A stretch of 64,000 bases of DNA from Auanema rhodensis (GCA_964057225.1 OZ059898.1:5146001-5210000); one strand, 5' to 3'. Counted from the stretch's first letter, positions 39,869 to 54,693 are shown. Translations and numbers: made by a program. The notes: generated from the letters alone by a model not told the origin.

Positions 39869-40899
39869 ATGGTTTCTGATGCAAATTCAGCTTTTTTACT
39901 TATTTCTATACCTATTATTCCATTATATATTATTATAATATCTCGTATGCTTAAAACTGGAAGACGTTCATTTCAAACAACGTTCTATTCTGCTGTATTG
40001 GGAATGGTTTGAATATTTTTATACAAGAATCTTTCATATTTTTTATTTATTTAAGGTAATTATAGATATTTGTTCAATTTTTTTGAATATTATTGCACTT
40101 AGTTCAACTGAATTTACTTTCATGAAAGAATTTTTTTGGAATAGTAGAAGATCATATCTTTCTGTGTTATGCTATGCTCAACTTTTCTTTTTTCTTTTTG
40201 CAAAAGCTTTTGCCCATATTCTATTTGCTGGTGAACGTTTTGTTCATAATTTTTTGAAAGGAACACAGTTTTATAAGGTTTTATTATAATTATTATAATT
40301 AAAAATAAAATAAAATATATATTAAAGACTATAGCTCCATCATTCTTAAGTGTATTTACTATGGCTGCATGGATATCAGCATTAGTTGTTGCTTGGCATA
40401 TCTTCATACAATCTGATATATCATTTATTGATGAATCATTACAATTTGATGTACCATCAACATCGGTATGAATATATAAGAAATGTTATTTTATATTAAA
40501 ATATAATTTATTTATTATAGTTTAACTTTTATATAACATTATATGCATTATCTACAGCTAATGTTATAATATTAGTTTTTGATATAATGATCTTAGCATC
40601 TGATATGTTAACTGATATTCCACAAACTCAAAGAATACAAGATACAATACAACTTATATCAGCATTTCCCATGATGTTTCTTCTTGCATATTTATGTTAT
40701 CATGGATATCAGAATAATGTAAGTTATTATATAATAATTATTTAATTATATTCATAAATTACAGATTAATCAAAATATTTTTGCAATTGATAGCCTCTTC
40801 TATGTTCTTTGCGCCATTAATTCTGCAATAATTGGTCCAATATTACTCTTTGATTCTAAAATTCGAAATTCTATTTTTGGCCAAGCTTTAGATGAATGA
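39869..40899 (+). CDS. Serpentine 7TM chemoreceptor (Srv/Srg-like), 276 aa, 5 exons
   Basis: Exons 39869-40006, 40056-40277, 40328-40465, 40521-40718 and 40765-40899 all join in phase 0. The protein has multiple hydrophobic segments, an ISIPIIPLY...F.TTFY start, a D in TM2, ERF after TM3 and GPILLF..KIR at the end. Confidence 0.8.
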
Positions 40900-40984
40900 A
40901 AACTTTGTATTTGTACGATGTTATAGGAATAATTAACAAACAAAATTTAGAAAAATTCTCTTAAAAGTTGCAAAATAAAAAAAT

Positions 40985-43288
40985 TCATGAGCTTATATCC
41001 ATTATTGTATCTAAATTTAAAAATTGTAATAATAAAGAATCTAATTGCCATAAATCGAAAAATTCAATTTGACGATGACTTTCCACAAAATCCAAACCAG
41101 TTGACTATAATTGAATTAATTAGAATTATTAAAAAAGAATTAAAAACATACAAAAATTGAACTTAAAAGTAATATAATAGAACCAAGACGCTCAGCTGCT
41201 GGTTGACCATTCTGGCAATTATATAATTATAATTAATATTTTGTGATAGTTAACACAATATAATATATGAATTAAATATTTATATAATAGATTTACCTTC
41301 ATATAATGAGAATGTAATGAAGAAGCTACAGCATCTAATTGTTTTCTCATAACATCTCTTGCAGCAACAGACACATTAGGAATAGCTACAACAATATGAT
41401 ATGTTTTATAATAAAAATATATTTTATTATAAAACCTCCTTGCCATGATACAAATGCTTTTAAAGCTACAAACTCTTCAAACGATAAATCCAATTGAAGA
41501 ATAGGTGGAATAATTTCAGCCATTATCTTCTTAAGAAGTGGTTGATATATACTAAAAATTATATAAATTATTATATTTTATAATATTTTATTAATATATG
41601 ATATAAATTAAAAATTTGAAATACAAACTGTTTTTTAATTTGTCCACTAATTTCTTTTTCATCTTCCCATCCATCTTCACAATTATCCAAACAAGATACA
41701 TATCCACCATTTTGCATAACAAATCTTTCAGGATATCTAAAGAATATTATCATTATAAAAATAGATTATTAAGTAAATATAATCTAAAATATCCATATAT
41801 CAATTTGATTTGATAACATTATAGTCAGTTATACATATAGTTTACATACCCTATTTGTATTGAAATAAAAACTGGATCTAATATTGTATGAAATAGAACA
41901 CATTTTCTTAAAAATGATACCTAAATATAATATATTTTATATAATATATATATTTTTAAATGATTATTATATACATACTTTATCTGTATTATCAAGTGTT
42001 TGATAATCTGGCCATGCTTGTAACCATTCATATATTAATAAGATATGAGTACGTATACTTTTTCGAAATGCTCGAAAACTTAATGGACGTATATCTTCTT
42101 TAGTGTATGGCTATAATATATTATATATTATATATGTATTAGCTTATTATAATTTTATAATAATATTACACAGTATCTATTTTGGCCTAGTAGTCTTTCA
42201 ACAGGTCTTTCACAGAACATTATTCGTCGACGTTCCCCTAGACGCATTTCTTCTCGAACTAGTACTGCCAAAACCTGAATTTTCCAATTTACACTATAGA
42301 TTTATAAATAAAGATATATTTTTTATTTTAAAAAATCATTTTATTAAAACGTTAAACTCACATTATCTGCTTCTAATAGCTTAGAATTTGATATAATCGG
42401 ATTATGGATTAGTTCAACTTTATTATAACAGTTGTTCGTCTGATTTGTTATAGAACTATCAACAGATGTTCTTATACGTATATTAGAATTTGGTTCTTCA
42501 ACTTCAGAAGCCTTAAGTAATTTCATATGATTATTAATGCTTTATATATGAAATATAATAAAAACCTGACTCATTTGCTTTTGAGACTTAATTACATCAT
42601 CTTCTTGTACTACAGCAAAGCGTTTGTTTCGACGAAGTCCTGATTGAGTGAAGAATGATCTTCCTGTTGATACATGTTGACGTTTTGGTTGAACTCCTAT
42701 ACATTTTTATTGTTTTTTATACTTTTTTAAAATTAAATTTGAGATATTAAGAATTAACCATTCTTATTCATTCCATTTGCTATGCATTTTGATAAACGAC
42801 AAGCTCTACATATTTGGTGCATAGCTGAAACATATAACTTCATTATAATTATTTTAAAAAAAAGTTGAAACTACTAACAATAGTGAACCATACAATCATT
42901 TCGACCTGTAATACATCGAAATGTTCGTTGAAGAGAAACTGTTCTTCGGAAAAATGCTGCACATGCTGAACATGATTGAGCATCAAAATGATATCCTGTT
43001 GCTTGAGCTGAACATATATGACAGGTAAGAGATGCTGCCATAGCTCGCGATGAAGCCGGTACTGAGGATTCTGGCGATGCTGTTGATCCATGACTAGAAT
43101 CAGGACTAACTGGAGAATCTGAAACTGTACTTTAACCAACGCTTAATCAGATTGATTCAGAAAAATACACTTTTAGAAAGTTCCAAATTAGAAATGGGAA
43201 AAGAAAATAGTTTTCGGAATAACTCACCAATTGCCAGAAGCATGCCGCGATTGGCAAATAAGGCCGAAGAAGAACTTAATGTCATCAT
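40985..43288 (-). CDS. Nuclear hormone receptor (nematode supplementary NHR, P-box CSACAA), multi-exon
   Basis: The DBD is [67 protein letters not shown]. The LBD includes [42 protein letters not shown] and [15 protein letters not shown]. The stop is at 40985-40987. Confidence 0.93.
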
Positions 43289-45904
43289 GATATGATAAGC
43301 AATAGTTCAATCAATAATCATTGTATGAAAATATTTTTACTGATAAAAGGATCTATGAATTTGAGAAAAAAAGTTATTAAAGATAATGATAAATATATAT
43401 ATTTATATATTTATATATATATCAATAATTAAAGAAGAAATTAAAATGAAATAAATTGAAAAATTTTATTTTAATAATTAAAATTTGAAACAAATAGTTA
43501 TATATACATAAATAATTATATTTTATTAAGTATTAATATGTAAATATCAAAAATTATATAATTCAATAAAAGAATGTTTGTTTTATTTTTTAAAATTTTA
43601 CATTCAAATATATAAAAATGTTAAAAATACTTCAGTTAGAGAGTCTGACTTAATCAATTGTTTTAAAACATTAAAGAAGAATCATACACATACATACATA
43701 CACAGCCAGACATGTATATGTATACTTAGACATCTGAAAGTTGGCAACATTCCAAATCATATTAAGAAATCACTTTGTCGTCAATAGTTTTCGATATGGT
43801 CATGTTATGATTATTCATTCATTCATTGTATTACCTTTCTAATATATTTTATATAAATTATAATAATTATATAGTTTTCTTTCATTATTTCTTAATCTTT
43901 TTCTTTTTTTTTAAACAAAAATATTCTTAATAAGACCAAGGAATAGTACTAATCCAGACTTTAAAAGATGTCTGAAATGAGAAGAAGCGAGAATGGATGT
44001 GCTAATCATGTAAAAAGCTGCCTCTTTAATAATATTTTTGCTACACTTCCAAGAATCCTGTATGCCTAAAGGCATAATATATATTTATAAATGTTAACTA
44101 TATAATTATTTTTTCTTTGTTATAAGTCGTACAATGATTGAAAACGTATTATTCTTTTTCTTTTTTTAGTTATAAAATATTATTTTTTATCTAAAAATAT
44201 ATTTTTTTAAATTTCAAATTTCATGTTTTATAAAAGATTTGTGAAGAAGAAAATATAACATTTTACTATTTTTTTGATATCTTAACTATACAATATGACA
44301 ACTAAGCTTATACGATCTAGTAATCTTTGTACTGCTTGTCTGTCTCTTTATAGATTTAGATCAAACTTCAACTATTGAAATATAAATTATTGATGTAAGA
44401 GAGATGAAGAGAGAGAGAGAGAGAGAGATTATCTTTATTGCAAAAACCTTAAATAATTCTTCTTCTTCTTCAACTAAATATTAGACAAAAGATATGAGGA
44501 AAAAGTTTTTTTCTCTTTAATACATTTGCTTTCTGGAATCAAAATTTTAATGAATGATACGTAGGCGTTTTGATTTGCACATGTATCTTTTTCTTAAATT
44601 ATTACAACATAGAAAATATAGGAAGAAGCAAGTGCATAGGCCTAGCATAGCTTTCAACTACAATTAAGAATTTTTCATCATCTTTTCCCAATCATTTTAT
44701 CAAATAATTTACATCATTTTGATTATAAAAATATTATAAATATATATTTTTTCTATAAAAAAAAAGAAAAAAAACATATTTTGAACTTACAAACAGATTT
44801 TGTTGTTTATTATTATTTTTTTCTTTGAAAATATACCATGTTTGTTTAAGAGAGACGTCAATAAATAGCGCAGGATCAGGTAACAATATCATTGGAAACT
44901 CTATCGTAAAATTTGAAAAAAAAATCTTTCATTTCAGCTAATATATATTCTTTTCAATAACGAATATATATTTAAATGAATCAAATGTTTGTTTAAAACA
45001 AATCTTTTGAAATGTAATTACTCAAAGTTGATGTTGTTATCTTAGCATCATGTAAAATAAAAAAAAACATTTTCAAACTAATCTGATCGTTATTTCTGAT
45101 TCTCACTCATCCCTCCCACACTTCCCACTTCCTCTCCCTCTGTTTCTCTTTCTTTTTAGCATAATCTTGTACTCCTCTAGCCTGGCTCATAGATTTTTTC
45201 CTCTTTCTAGTTCTGATTCTAACTTTTTTCCCCCAATCTATCCCTCTTTTTTCCTCTTTCTATTATTATATAGTTCTGTTACTTTATAGTTATTCATAAA
45301 TTTTAATTTTTTAAAGCAAATCAGTTAATGTAAAAGAGTTTTTTCATTTACATTCATTTATATTGAAATATATTTTAACAATTCATGCTGCTTTATAATA
45401 TTTTTAAAGCAAAGAGAAATATTATTGTAATAATTACTTTTTAAAATTTAAATAGATCTCATAATATAACACATATCTTATAATTCTATTACAGCAGCGT
45501 TTCAATGATTTTTCGTCTCCTCTCTTTTAAGTGCAATTCACCTCTTATTACAAAACAATATATACATAACTTATTATTAAAAATCATTTATGTTATTGTT
45601 ATTATAAAATAACTATACATATATCTATATATCTATCTATATATGTACATATGTATATATAAACATAGACATTTATTACTATATCATATAGAAAACTTAA
45701 TATATCAATAATATTCATATAATCATTTCTTCCATTTTTTCTTTGCTCCAAATTCTGTTGTCACTTTTACTTTCTTCGCTCAATCTCATGAGGATTTCAT
45801 CTTGAATAAGTAAAAATCAGAAAATAAATTCATCCATATATACATGTTTATAACAAAATATGAAAAGAATATAATTTCAATTATATTTATATAGATACAT
45901 ACAT

Positions 45905-45937
45905 AGATAGTTAGATAGATAGATAGATAGATAGATA
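45905..45937. repeat. (GATA)n microsatellite
   Basis: agatagttagatagatagatagatagatagata. Confidence 0.85.
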
Positions 45938-46097
45938 TTAATTTAAATGTTAACTATACATACATATGTATGTACATATACATATGCTTTAGTATATATT
46001 CAATCCTCTATTCACTTTTTTTTTTCTCACTATAAATAGCTATTTAATGACTCATATTCATATACTAGGCCGACTAAGAAGTAAAGAGACATAGAGA

Positions 46098-46174
<77 letters not shown>
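46098..46174. repeat. Long (GA)n microsatellite interrupted by AAAG
   Basis: About 75 nt of pure purine GA repeat. Confidence 0.9.
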
Positions 46175-46176
<2 letters not shown>

Positions 46177-47723
46177 AAAGAGCTTTATATATTGGTCTGT
46201 TCAATTGACGTCGATAATGTCGTTGTTCTGAGAAGTTGAGATAATAGGAGGAAGCTTAGGCATACTTAGAAAATATCAGCTTTTGGCCATTCTTAATATA
46301 AACTTCAAGAAAATTTCATATACTAATGAATAATTCAACTTTTTTATATTTAATTGAAGAAAAAACATTTTGTCATCAATTGAATTGTAAATTTGTTCGA
46401 ATAATTTAATTTTTTCTCATCAAAAACTAAAACTTGAAATCATATTTGAGCTATCTATCTGAAATAATTCAATATTATAACTCGGACAAGAAGTAACTTT
46501 TTGCTATTTGCTCCAAACTCTACGTACATATTATCTTTTTTGGGTTAGAAATCAAATATAATTATTATATAATATATAATATACTTTTTTTTCTAAATTA
46601 TATTCATTTTGATCTCATTTTCCATAATTATTGTTCAAATATTTCAAAAATTTGTTTCATTATTATACATTACATATTTTCTTTTTTTATATTTTCATCA
46701 TTATTATTTATTTTATTTTAAATTTATAAAAAGAAAATTCCTTTGAAATTTCTAAAAAATATATACCATAACATGATATCAAATGAAAGTTTTATAATTT
46801 AATTTTCGGTCAAAGCCGATTTTTTTCATTTTTGTTGTCAAATTTGAAAATTTTATACTAATATACTAGATGAATCATTTTGTGTTATATACGTTTTGTT
46901 AAAAAATTTGATGACTACTCAAACACTTCGTTTTTTTTTCCGGTGAAGACCTCTCATCTTTTATCCTCTTAACTGTCTTATCTCTCAGACGTTATTTTAA
47001 AAAAATATATATATATCTAACTAGCATTATATTCTTTTTCCTATATGTTAAAGATATATATGTTATACGTAAAATATTTGAATATTAAAATAAGCTTCCA
47101 AGTATAAAGTTGTGTCACAACGAAGCTTGTTTCATCTTTTCTCTTTATTTTTCTTTAATATTATTAATATATAAATAACAAAGTTGATTATTTTATATTA
47201 TAAATAATATATATAATGAATATTTTTTGGAATTAAAAATATTTTATGAAAGAATTATTTCTAACACTCAATTTCAAATTACATATGGTTCGTAGATTTT
47301 TTTCTTATGCTTTCAACTTGTTGCCAAGGGGTATTGATTGTTCCCAAACACGGGGAGTTGTTGGACTCTCAACTTGGTTTGAATCATATAGAAAATATTC
47401 TCCAATATACATATTTATATATTATTATACAGTTAATACAATTATATTATATGTATATACATATATATTTAAAAGAAAATATCAAATAATAAATTTTAAT
47501 TTAACAGTTGAAAATTCTCTTATAATCAGTGAATATTATACTATTATTATTATTATTATTTAAATAATATGATAATTAATTTATAATTTAAATATTTTAT
47601 ATTCATTTACTTTCAATTCAAATTATATCTTTTCTAATTTTTATTCGTTGATTATTTAAATTATTTAAAAATTCTTCAAGCTATTCACCTTTTTCAATAT
47701 CAATCTAATGATTATAATCTGTT

Positions 47724-47726
<3 letters not shown>

Positions 47727-47759
<33 letters not shown>
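47727..47759. repeat. (AT)n microsatellite
   Basis: Perfect AT dinucleotide run. Confidence 0.9.
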
Positions 47760-47764
<5 letters not shown>

Positions 47765-50700
47765 TTTAATTATAAATACATAGTTAGATTACTTTTAACA
47801 TATTTAAAAATAAAATAATTTTTTTATTTTGAATTACAAAAAGAAAAAACAACATTTTTGTGTCAAGACCGATTGTTCATTCAGTTGTTTTTTTGAAATA
47901 CTTCTGGACGTTGATCATCATCAGCATCAGCATCATCGTCACTAGTTGAGGAGTTGAAAAAACGAATCGGAAAAGAAGAGAAAAATGAAGAGTGATTGTT
48001 GTGAGACAGTTGAAAACCCGAAGAGAGTTCAGGTAAAAAGACCAAACACTTTCAAATATCCGTCATTTTTCTTTTTTTTCTTCTTCTGTCATCTTACACC
48101 TGCCTCGATTGTCTGACTAACTCATATGTTGCTTTTTTATTAATTTATTTTGTGATTCTTCATATATATATATCAATTAAATAGAATTATATAATTAATA
48201 TTAATTTTATGTTTGATATAGTAAATAATATATGAAAAACTATTATAAAGATATATATAATAAATACAATTGCAAAGTAAGGACATATGAAAGATATTAT
48301 TGTTATTTTCTTTGAAAAAAGGAAAAAAAATCTTATTATAAGCATAGGTTGGTTGAAAAGGCCTAAGGGCATGACAATCTTACATGCATCAATAATACTA
48401 CTACAACTCGTTTGCTTTGATTTCAATACCAGATGTGAGCAATATAAACTTTATATTCCACTTATCCATAATGGATTTTCATCGAATTTTATTTAAATTT
48501 TACATTTTTCAATGTTCAACACTCGTATAACAATTCATCTTATATACATTGTCACATTGTATATTTATCTTTTATTTTTATAAAATATTTTTCATACTAA
48601 AAAGGTATTAAATGTTATTTTGAAAAAAAATTGAATTGAAAAAAAAAAGAAATAAATGGAGATAGAAAAATGATTTTTAAATTCTGATATTTTCATAACA
48701 TTTTTGAAAACTTCTACAGTTGCAATGATTCATTATCATTTGGTTTTTTCTATTCTATTGATTCTTATTCTCGAAGACATTTGTTGACTTTTCGGACAAC
48801 TTTTTACATTGAAACATACATTATTTTCTATAAATTTTTAGATTTATTTATTATTTTAATTTAAAATATTTAATAAATATCTTTATTTTTAAATATAAAA
48901 TAATTTTTATTCAGTGTCAAAGTTAATCGCTGTTAAATCTTATCAATATTTTATGAACAAAATAATAAAAATAGAATTAATCATAATTAAACGATGAAGA
49001 TTAGATGTTGTTTAATCTCTCATTCATATCTTATATTTTTGTTTTCTTTCTACAACTTGAAATTTCATAAATTCATCAAAAAATATTAAAAACATCACCA
49101 GAAATTTAGGTTCCGGTTTAATTTTTATTATTTAACTTATATATTTTTATTATATTATTAGTATTTATATAAGATTTTTTAAATTAAACTTATAAATGTA
49201 TGATTAATATTTAAATATTTGCAATATAATATATAATTCCAAACGTTTTCGATTGAACTTCAAATATTTATATCATTTTCTATATATGAGTCAGCTTTAT
49301 CTAAAATTATTTTTTTATAATCAATTCAAATATATCTTATTATATTGTTTAATTAAAATTTCTTTTAAACAAAAAATAATTTTTAAAGTTTTAAAATACA
49401 AAAAAAATAAAGTAGAACGAAAGATACATTGATGATTGGAATGATGAAAGTCCAAAAGATGATCAGATTCATGATAAGAGCTTATCAACAGCTTAACTCA
49501 TTCTTACCTCTTCTTTATTCCTAAATCTCTTTTTTTTTTGATATTGTTCAAAGAATCTTGATTGTATATACATACATACATGAATGTACATATACATATA
49601 TGTATATCTTTTTTCTTTTCTATATGATTCATGAACTATATTTTAATATTTCAAAATTGAATATTTCGAAAAAGTAAAAATTTTTTTTTATAAATTTCAA
49701 AGAAAAAATATTTTTTAATGAAATCTTTATTTATCTTTATCATTTTTACAAGCTAAATGTCATGTTTTATAGATTTTTATATATGAGTGGCATTGTTCGT
49801 GTCATGACTTTCAATGTGTTCTCACCATGATGACACATACTTCTATAGATGAATTCATATCTTTACCATTTTTCTTCCTCTTTATAACTATACGTATAGT
49901 TAATTGTCATTAAATGTTTCATTATAAAATATGCAGTATGACACCTAAGAGGGTTAGAATACATAGCAGCGCATCACGTGAAGTAAAAGACGTCATCTAC
50001 CATTCAATAATATTGATTTCTGATTCATATATCGTTTTAAACATATTAAAATAACTATTATAATATATATGTATATAGATTGATTGATAGATATATCCAT
50101 TATTTAATGAAAATTTCCAAAAAACATCATTATAACATAATCCTTAACAACTAATATACATTCCTCTTTTAACTCTGATTCGTAGTATCAAAAATTCCTT
50201 GTCATTTACTCATTTATGATTAATTCTACTTCATTTTCCTTTTAAATTTCTTTTCTTTTTAAAATATTTTTTGTTACTGATCTTCTAGTTGCCTCTCATT
50301 GACAGAAGTTATCTAAACATGTTAACCTTTATGATTCATGTTTGTCTTAAGCAAATAGTTACTATTCTCAGAAATATATTAAACTTTTTGATTCTTCACA
50401 GTCTTTTTTCAGCATTTAATGCTTTGAACTTTTGTGTCTTCACCTCAACTTTATTTTTATTTCTTAATCTAAAAAGAAAAGAACAAAAAACGAAAATTAT
50501 TAAAAGAATATATTTCTTTTTTTTTTCATTGAAAAAAAATAAAAATTTTCTTTTCTTATTCAGATATTATCAGCTAAAATAATAATCACAGAGAGGCTCC
50601 ATCACATTATTAATTCTAAGATAAAACGTTTCCCTTATCATCAAGAACTACTGCTTCTCCATCTAACTCCGCCTATCATTCATCTAATAAATCCAACTTT

Positions 50701-50925
50701 CCATGACAAACATTTTCTCATTTCATTTCATAATTATTCTTTATTTTTCTTTTTATATATGTATATGCTGTATGTACTTCATTTCTTGGGAATGACTATT
50801 TTAAACTAATTTTTGTAGTAGCAAGGCTGTCATCGTCATCAGATAATTCGTCGTCGTTCGTCACGCGACTTCTTTCCAACCTTTGGAAGTCGTCGTCGAC
50901 TTCGACGTCGAAGAAAACATATGGA

Positions 50926-53786
50926 ATGACGACAAGAACTTCAATGACTTCGGAAAAGCACAAACGCCGAACACAGAATCGAGATGGCCGTACATCAGCC
51001 ATGCCTACCGCAACGGAAGGTCGCGAAGAAGTGAATGAGGTTTGTGAATTCTTTATAATTTGTTTTACAATTCGACTAAAAATCAGGAGTCATAAATTCA
51101 TTTTTTTTGATTATTTACGAATAATTCATGTTATTTTCTATTAAATTTTGAATCTAAAAATATATATTATATAAAAGTAATAAAGACGATTATATTGCTA
51201 AAATTACTATTTTAAACTGATTTACTATCTTATCGTTGAATTTATTTCAAAATTATTCTACAGTATACTATTATTATCCTATTCTATGCTTTTTCTTATA
51301 AATTATATAACATAGAAGATGATATTGATGAGAGCATGGAAGTAGCTTCTTCACCTCTAGTCTCTTTTTCTTTTTTTCTTTTCATCGTCATTATAGTCTT
51401 ATTCTTCTCGTGTTCTTCTTCTCATTCTCCTTCTGGTCAAGCGATCTTCTTAGCAGAACAAACTTCCAGCTGATCAACAAGCAAGAAGCTCGTTCTGACA
51501 TTTCCCTCATGATCATACTATGACTGTTCATGACACTATCGTCTACAGTTTGTTCTATATTTCAAATTTTCTATATTCTTTCTTCTTTGTCTTTCCGTTT
51601 TGAACACTATCCATCTTTGAAACTTTATCGCTCTTTTCATTTTAAAATACTTTTGTGTTGTAGTTACTTCAAAGAATTAAAAGACAAACAGTAACTTGAT
51701 AGTTAACTCTTATATTCTTCACTGGTTCAATCAGTTTTGCTTCTAAACCTCGAAACTTCGTCTTTCCGATGATAACAGAAAAAAAAAACGAATTTTAACA
51801 CCAAATTGCTATGTAGAACATAAAGATTCCTTTTATGTACAAATAAACCAGCTGACATATATCAGCTAAGAGTCGAGTGCCACCAGCTTTAGCCACTTGA
51901 AAATTCGTGGAGCTATTCGCACCAGAGACAATTTGACAGAAACAAGCCCTCAAGCGGTATGTTTCCTTTCTGGAAACTGTTTTCTTTCTCATTCTGCTCT
52001 CTGCTGTTTAGACTCTATTTCATCATTTTCTTAAGCTAAGTCATCTTCTGTCTGAAACTGTTTGCTTTTGACTAAATATTGAATTGCTTGTTGGTTTTTA
52101 TTTCGAAAACACACACCATGTACAAACACAAATACTCAAAAACTATAATGTTTCAAGCTGTTTTGTCTTAAATTTTTCAAAAATTGTTTTAAATTTTTCT
52201 TTTTTTTCAATGTTAGAAAAGCATGCGTTGCAAATGGTCTCGTGGACGAATTAAAGTAGCCCCATCCCGTTCAACAAGTTGCATTCAGAATCAGCTTGAA
52301 ATATTTAAACCATATTCAGAAGAAATTAATGATGAGGTAATAAGGATCAGGATATAATCATTGAAAACTTTATAAAAAATAAATAAAAGAACTTATTATA
52401 ACTATAAATATATTTTTTTATATAATTAATTATTTTTTCAGTTAATTGAAAGTCAACGACATATTGTACAACGATTTGTAATTGCTACAGCTAATAAAGG
52501 TCCTACTGGATTAGCAGACGAATACAGGTTTTCTTTTCAAATATCATGTTAAAGCCTAATAGCATAATGTTTTCTGCAGAAGTATTCCAGCTTTTCCGGA
52601 CCAATCAGCTAAATTCACTGCCTTTGCTGCTAACATGAGGAAAAACAGATACTCAGGTTAGTTTTCTCAAAACACAAGAACATGTTTAAAAAAGAATTTG
52701 TAAAAATAAATTAAATTAACTATGTATTTATCAAATAAATTTCATCAAAATATCATTATTTAGATGTTCATTGTGTGGATTCAACACGAGTTGTATTGAA
52801 ACTAGATAGTGAACGAGCTGGTGATTATATACATGCTAATTATGTGAAAAGTGATTTGCTAAAGAATAAGTATATCTGTACTCAGGTAATTTTTATAAGA
52901 TTAAAATTATAAAAATTATTATTTTCAGGGTCCATTACTAGATACAGCATATGATTTTTGGCGAATGATCTTTCAAGAACGTATTCAGAGTATCGTAATG
53001 TTATGCAGGTAAATATAATTTTAAAAATTTATATATATATCATATAATCGTATTCATATAAATAATTTTTGAAACATTAAAATATTAATTATATAATAAT
53101 AATAAATTAATAATTATAGTCCAAGTGAAGAAGGCCGAGTGAAATGTGATGTGTATTGGCCAGAAAAAGGCACAAAAGCTGAATATAATAGTGTGATTGT
53201 TGAAAACAATAGTCAAGAAGATGATGATTTTAATACAACTCAACTAATTGTTTATCCAAATCGTTCATATGGTTTATTTATTAATTAATTATATTTATAT
53301 ATAATCTATATAATATTGATAGATTGGGGTCCAACTATGCCATCGTATCATATTGTTCGGCTATATCGTTGGTCTCGATGGCCAGATCGTGGAATTCCTG
53401 ACAAAGAATCAATTCTTATTCCATTACGCATACTTCAATTGATTCAATGTGGATCATCTGTCATTCATTGTTCTGCAGGAATAGGACGTACAGGAAGCTT
53501 AATGGTTATTGAAATAGCTTTAAAAACTATTATGGCTGGTAGAGAATTAGATATTCGACAGGTAATATAAAATAAAATAAATATAATTAAATATTTATTT
53601 TAGATAACTGAAGATTTACGTAAATCACGTTGTCAATGTGTTCAAAATGAAATGCAATATCTATATATACATAGAACACTTATTGAATATGCTTTAGAGT
53701 ATATGAATACAGAAAAAACAAAAGCAGGAAAAGAAGCTGGTAAAGCTTTTCTTGAAGAATATAATTCTCGATTAGGAAAGAAATAA
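50926..53786 (+). CDS. Classical non-receptor protein tyrosine phosphatase, multi-exon
   Basis: Motifs KNRYSDVHCVDSTRVVL, DYIHANYV, YICTQGPL, DFWRMIFQE, KCDVYWP, WPDRGIP, catalytic IHCSAGIGRTG and Q-loop VQNEMQYLYIH are all intact. The shared body is 52442-53786. The first exon is 50926-51039 and/or 52223-52336. Confidence 0.93.
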
Positions 53787-54458
53787 TGAGATGAAATCAA
53801 AAAATAACTTCTGATTTTCCCTTTTTTTTTTCTAAGATGAATCACATCAAAGTCATTATTTATTTTATATATTCTATATATGTTTAATACCATGTTAGGT
53901 ATATCAAATAACTTGCCGTTCTTTTCAATTTTTCGAAAATTGTGTTGAAAATGTTTTTCATTTCATACAAAATATCGCCATGTTTCTCTTTATATATTTC
54001 CAATTATTGAAATCCATTATATTTCAGTTTATTCCAATGCAAATTCTGGTCTTTGCAAACATCTAGTCAAATAGTCAACATTTAAAAATATTTTTTGGTT
54101 TTTTTATGAAAATTTTATAATTTGAATGTTGTCTGACCCATTTGCCTTGTATTCAATCAGGTGTCTTGTAAGTATATTTTTAAAATAATTTTTATTTTAA
54201 TTTTACTTAAGAAAAAAAAAAGATTTTAATTATAAAATTAATTATTAGAATAATATAGTATACAAATATAAAAAATATTGTTAAAACATAAATTAATTTG
54301 TTTTGAAAACTCATGTAGTATCTTCCCCTCATTTAGAATTTTCTTTTCAGTTGTTGTATGTACCAGTATATTCTTATTCCAATCAAAAAAAAAACATTTC
54401 ATGTGTATATTGATTATAAATAAAAATTTTTAAAAAGAACTATTATTTATTATTTTTA

Positions 54459-54489
<31 letters not shown>

Positions 54490-54693
54490 GTTTTTTTAAA
54501 TACAATGTTATACATAGTATAAGAAAATATTAATTTACATGTATGTAATATTCTAAAACTAAAATTACTAATTAATTATAAATATATATGTTATAATATA
54601 TTATATACATAAGATAATTAGAATAATATAAATTAATTAATCAACTATATAAAATATAATATAATAGGCACATAATTAAGGTTTTGTTTTTAT

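Noticed and set aside
42849-43139. ORF-track protein [10 protein letters not shown]... in the NHR exon
   Set aside because: It is in the wrong frame. The zinc-finger frame ([13 protein letters not shown]) is the real one.
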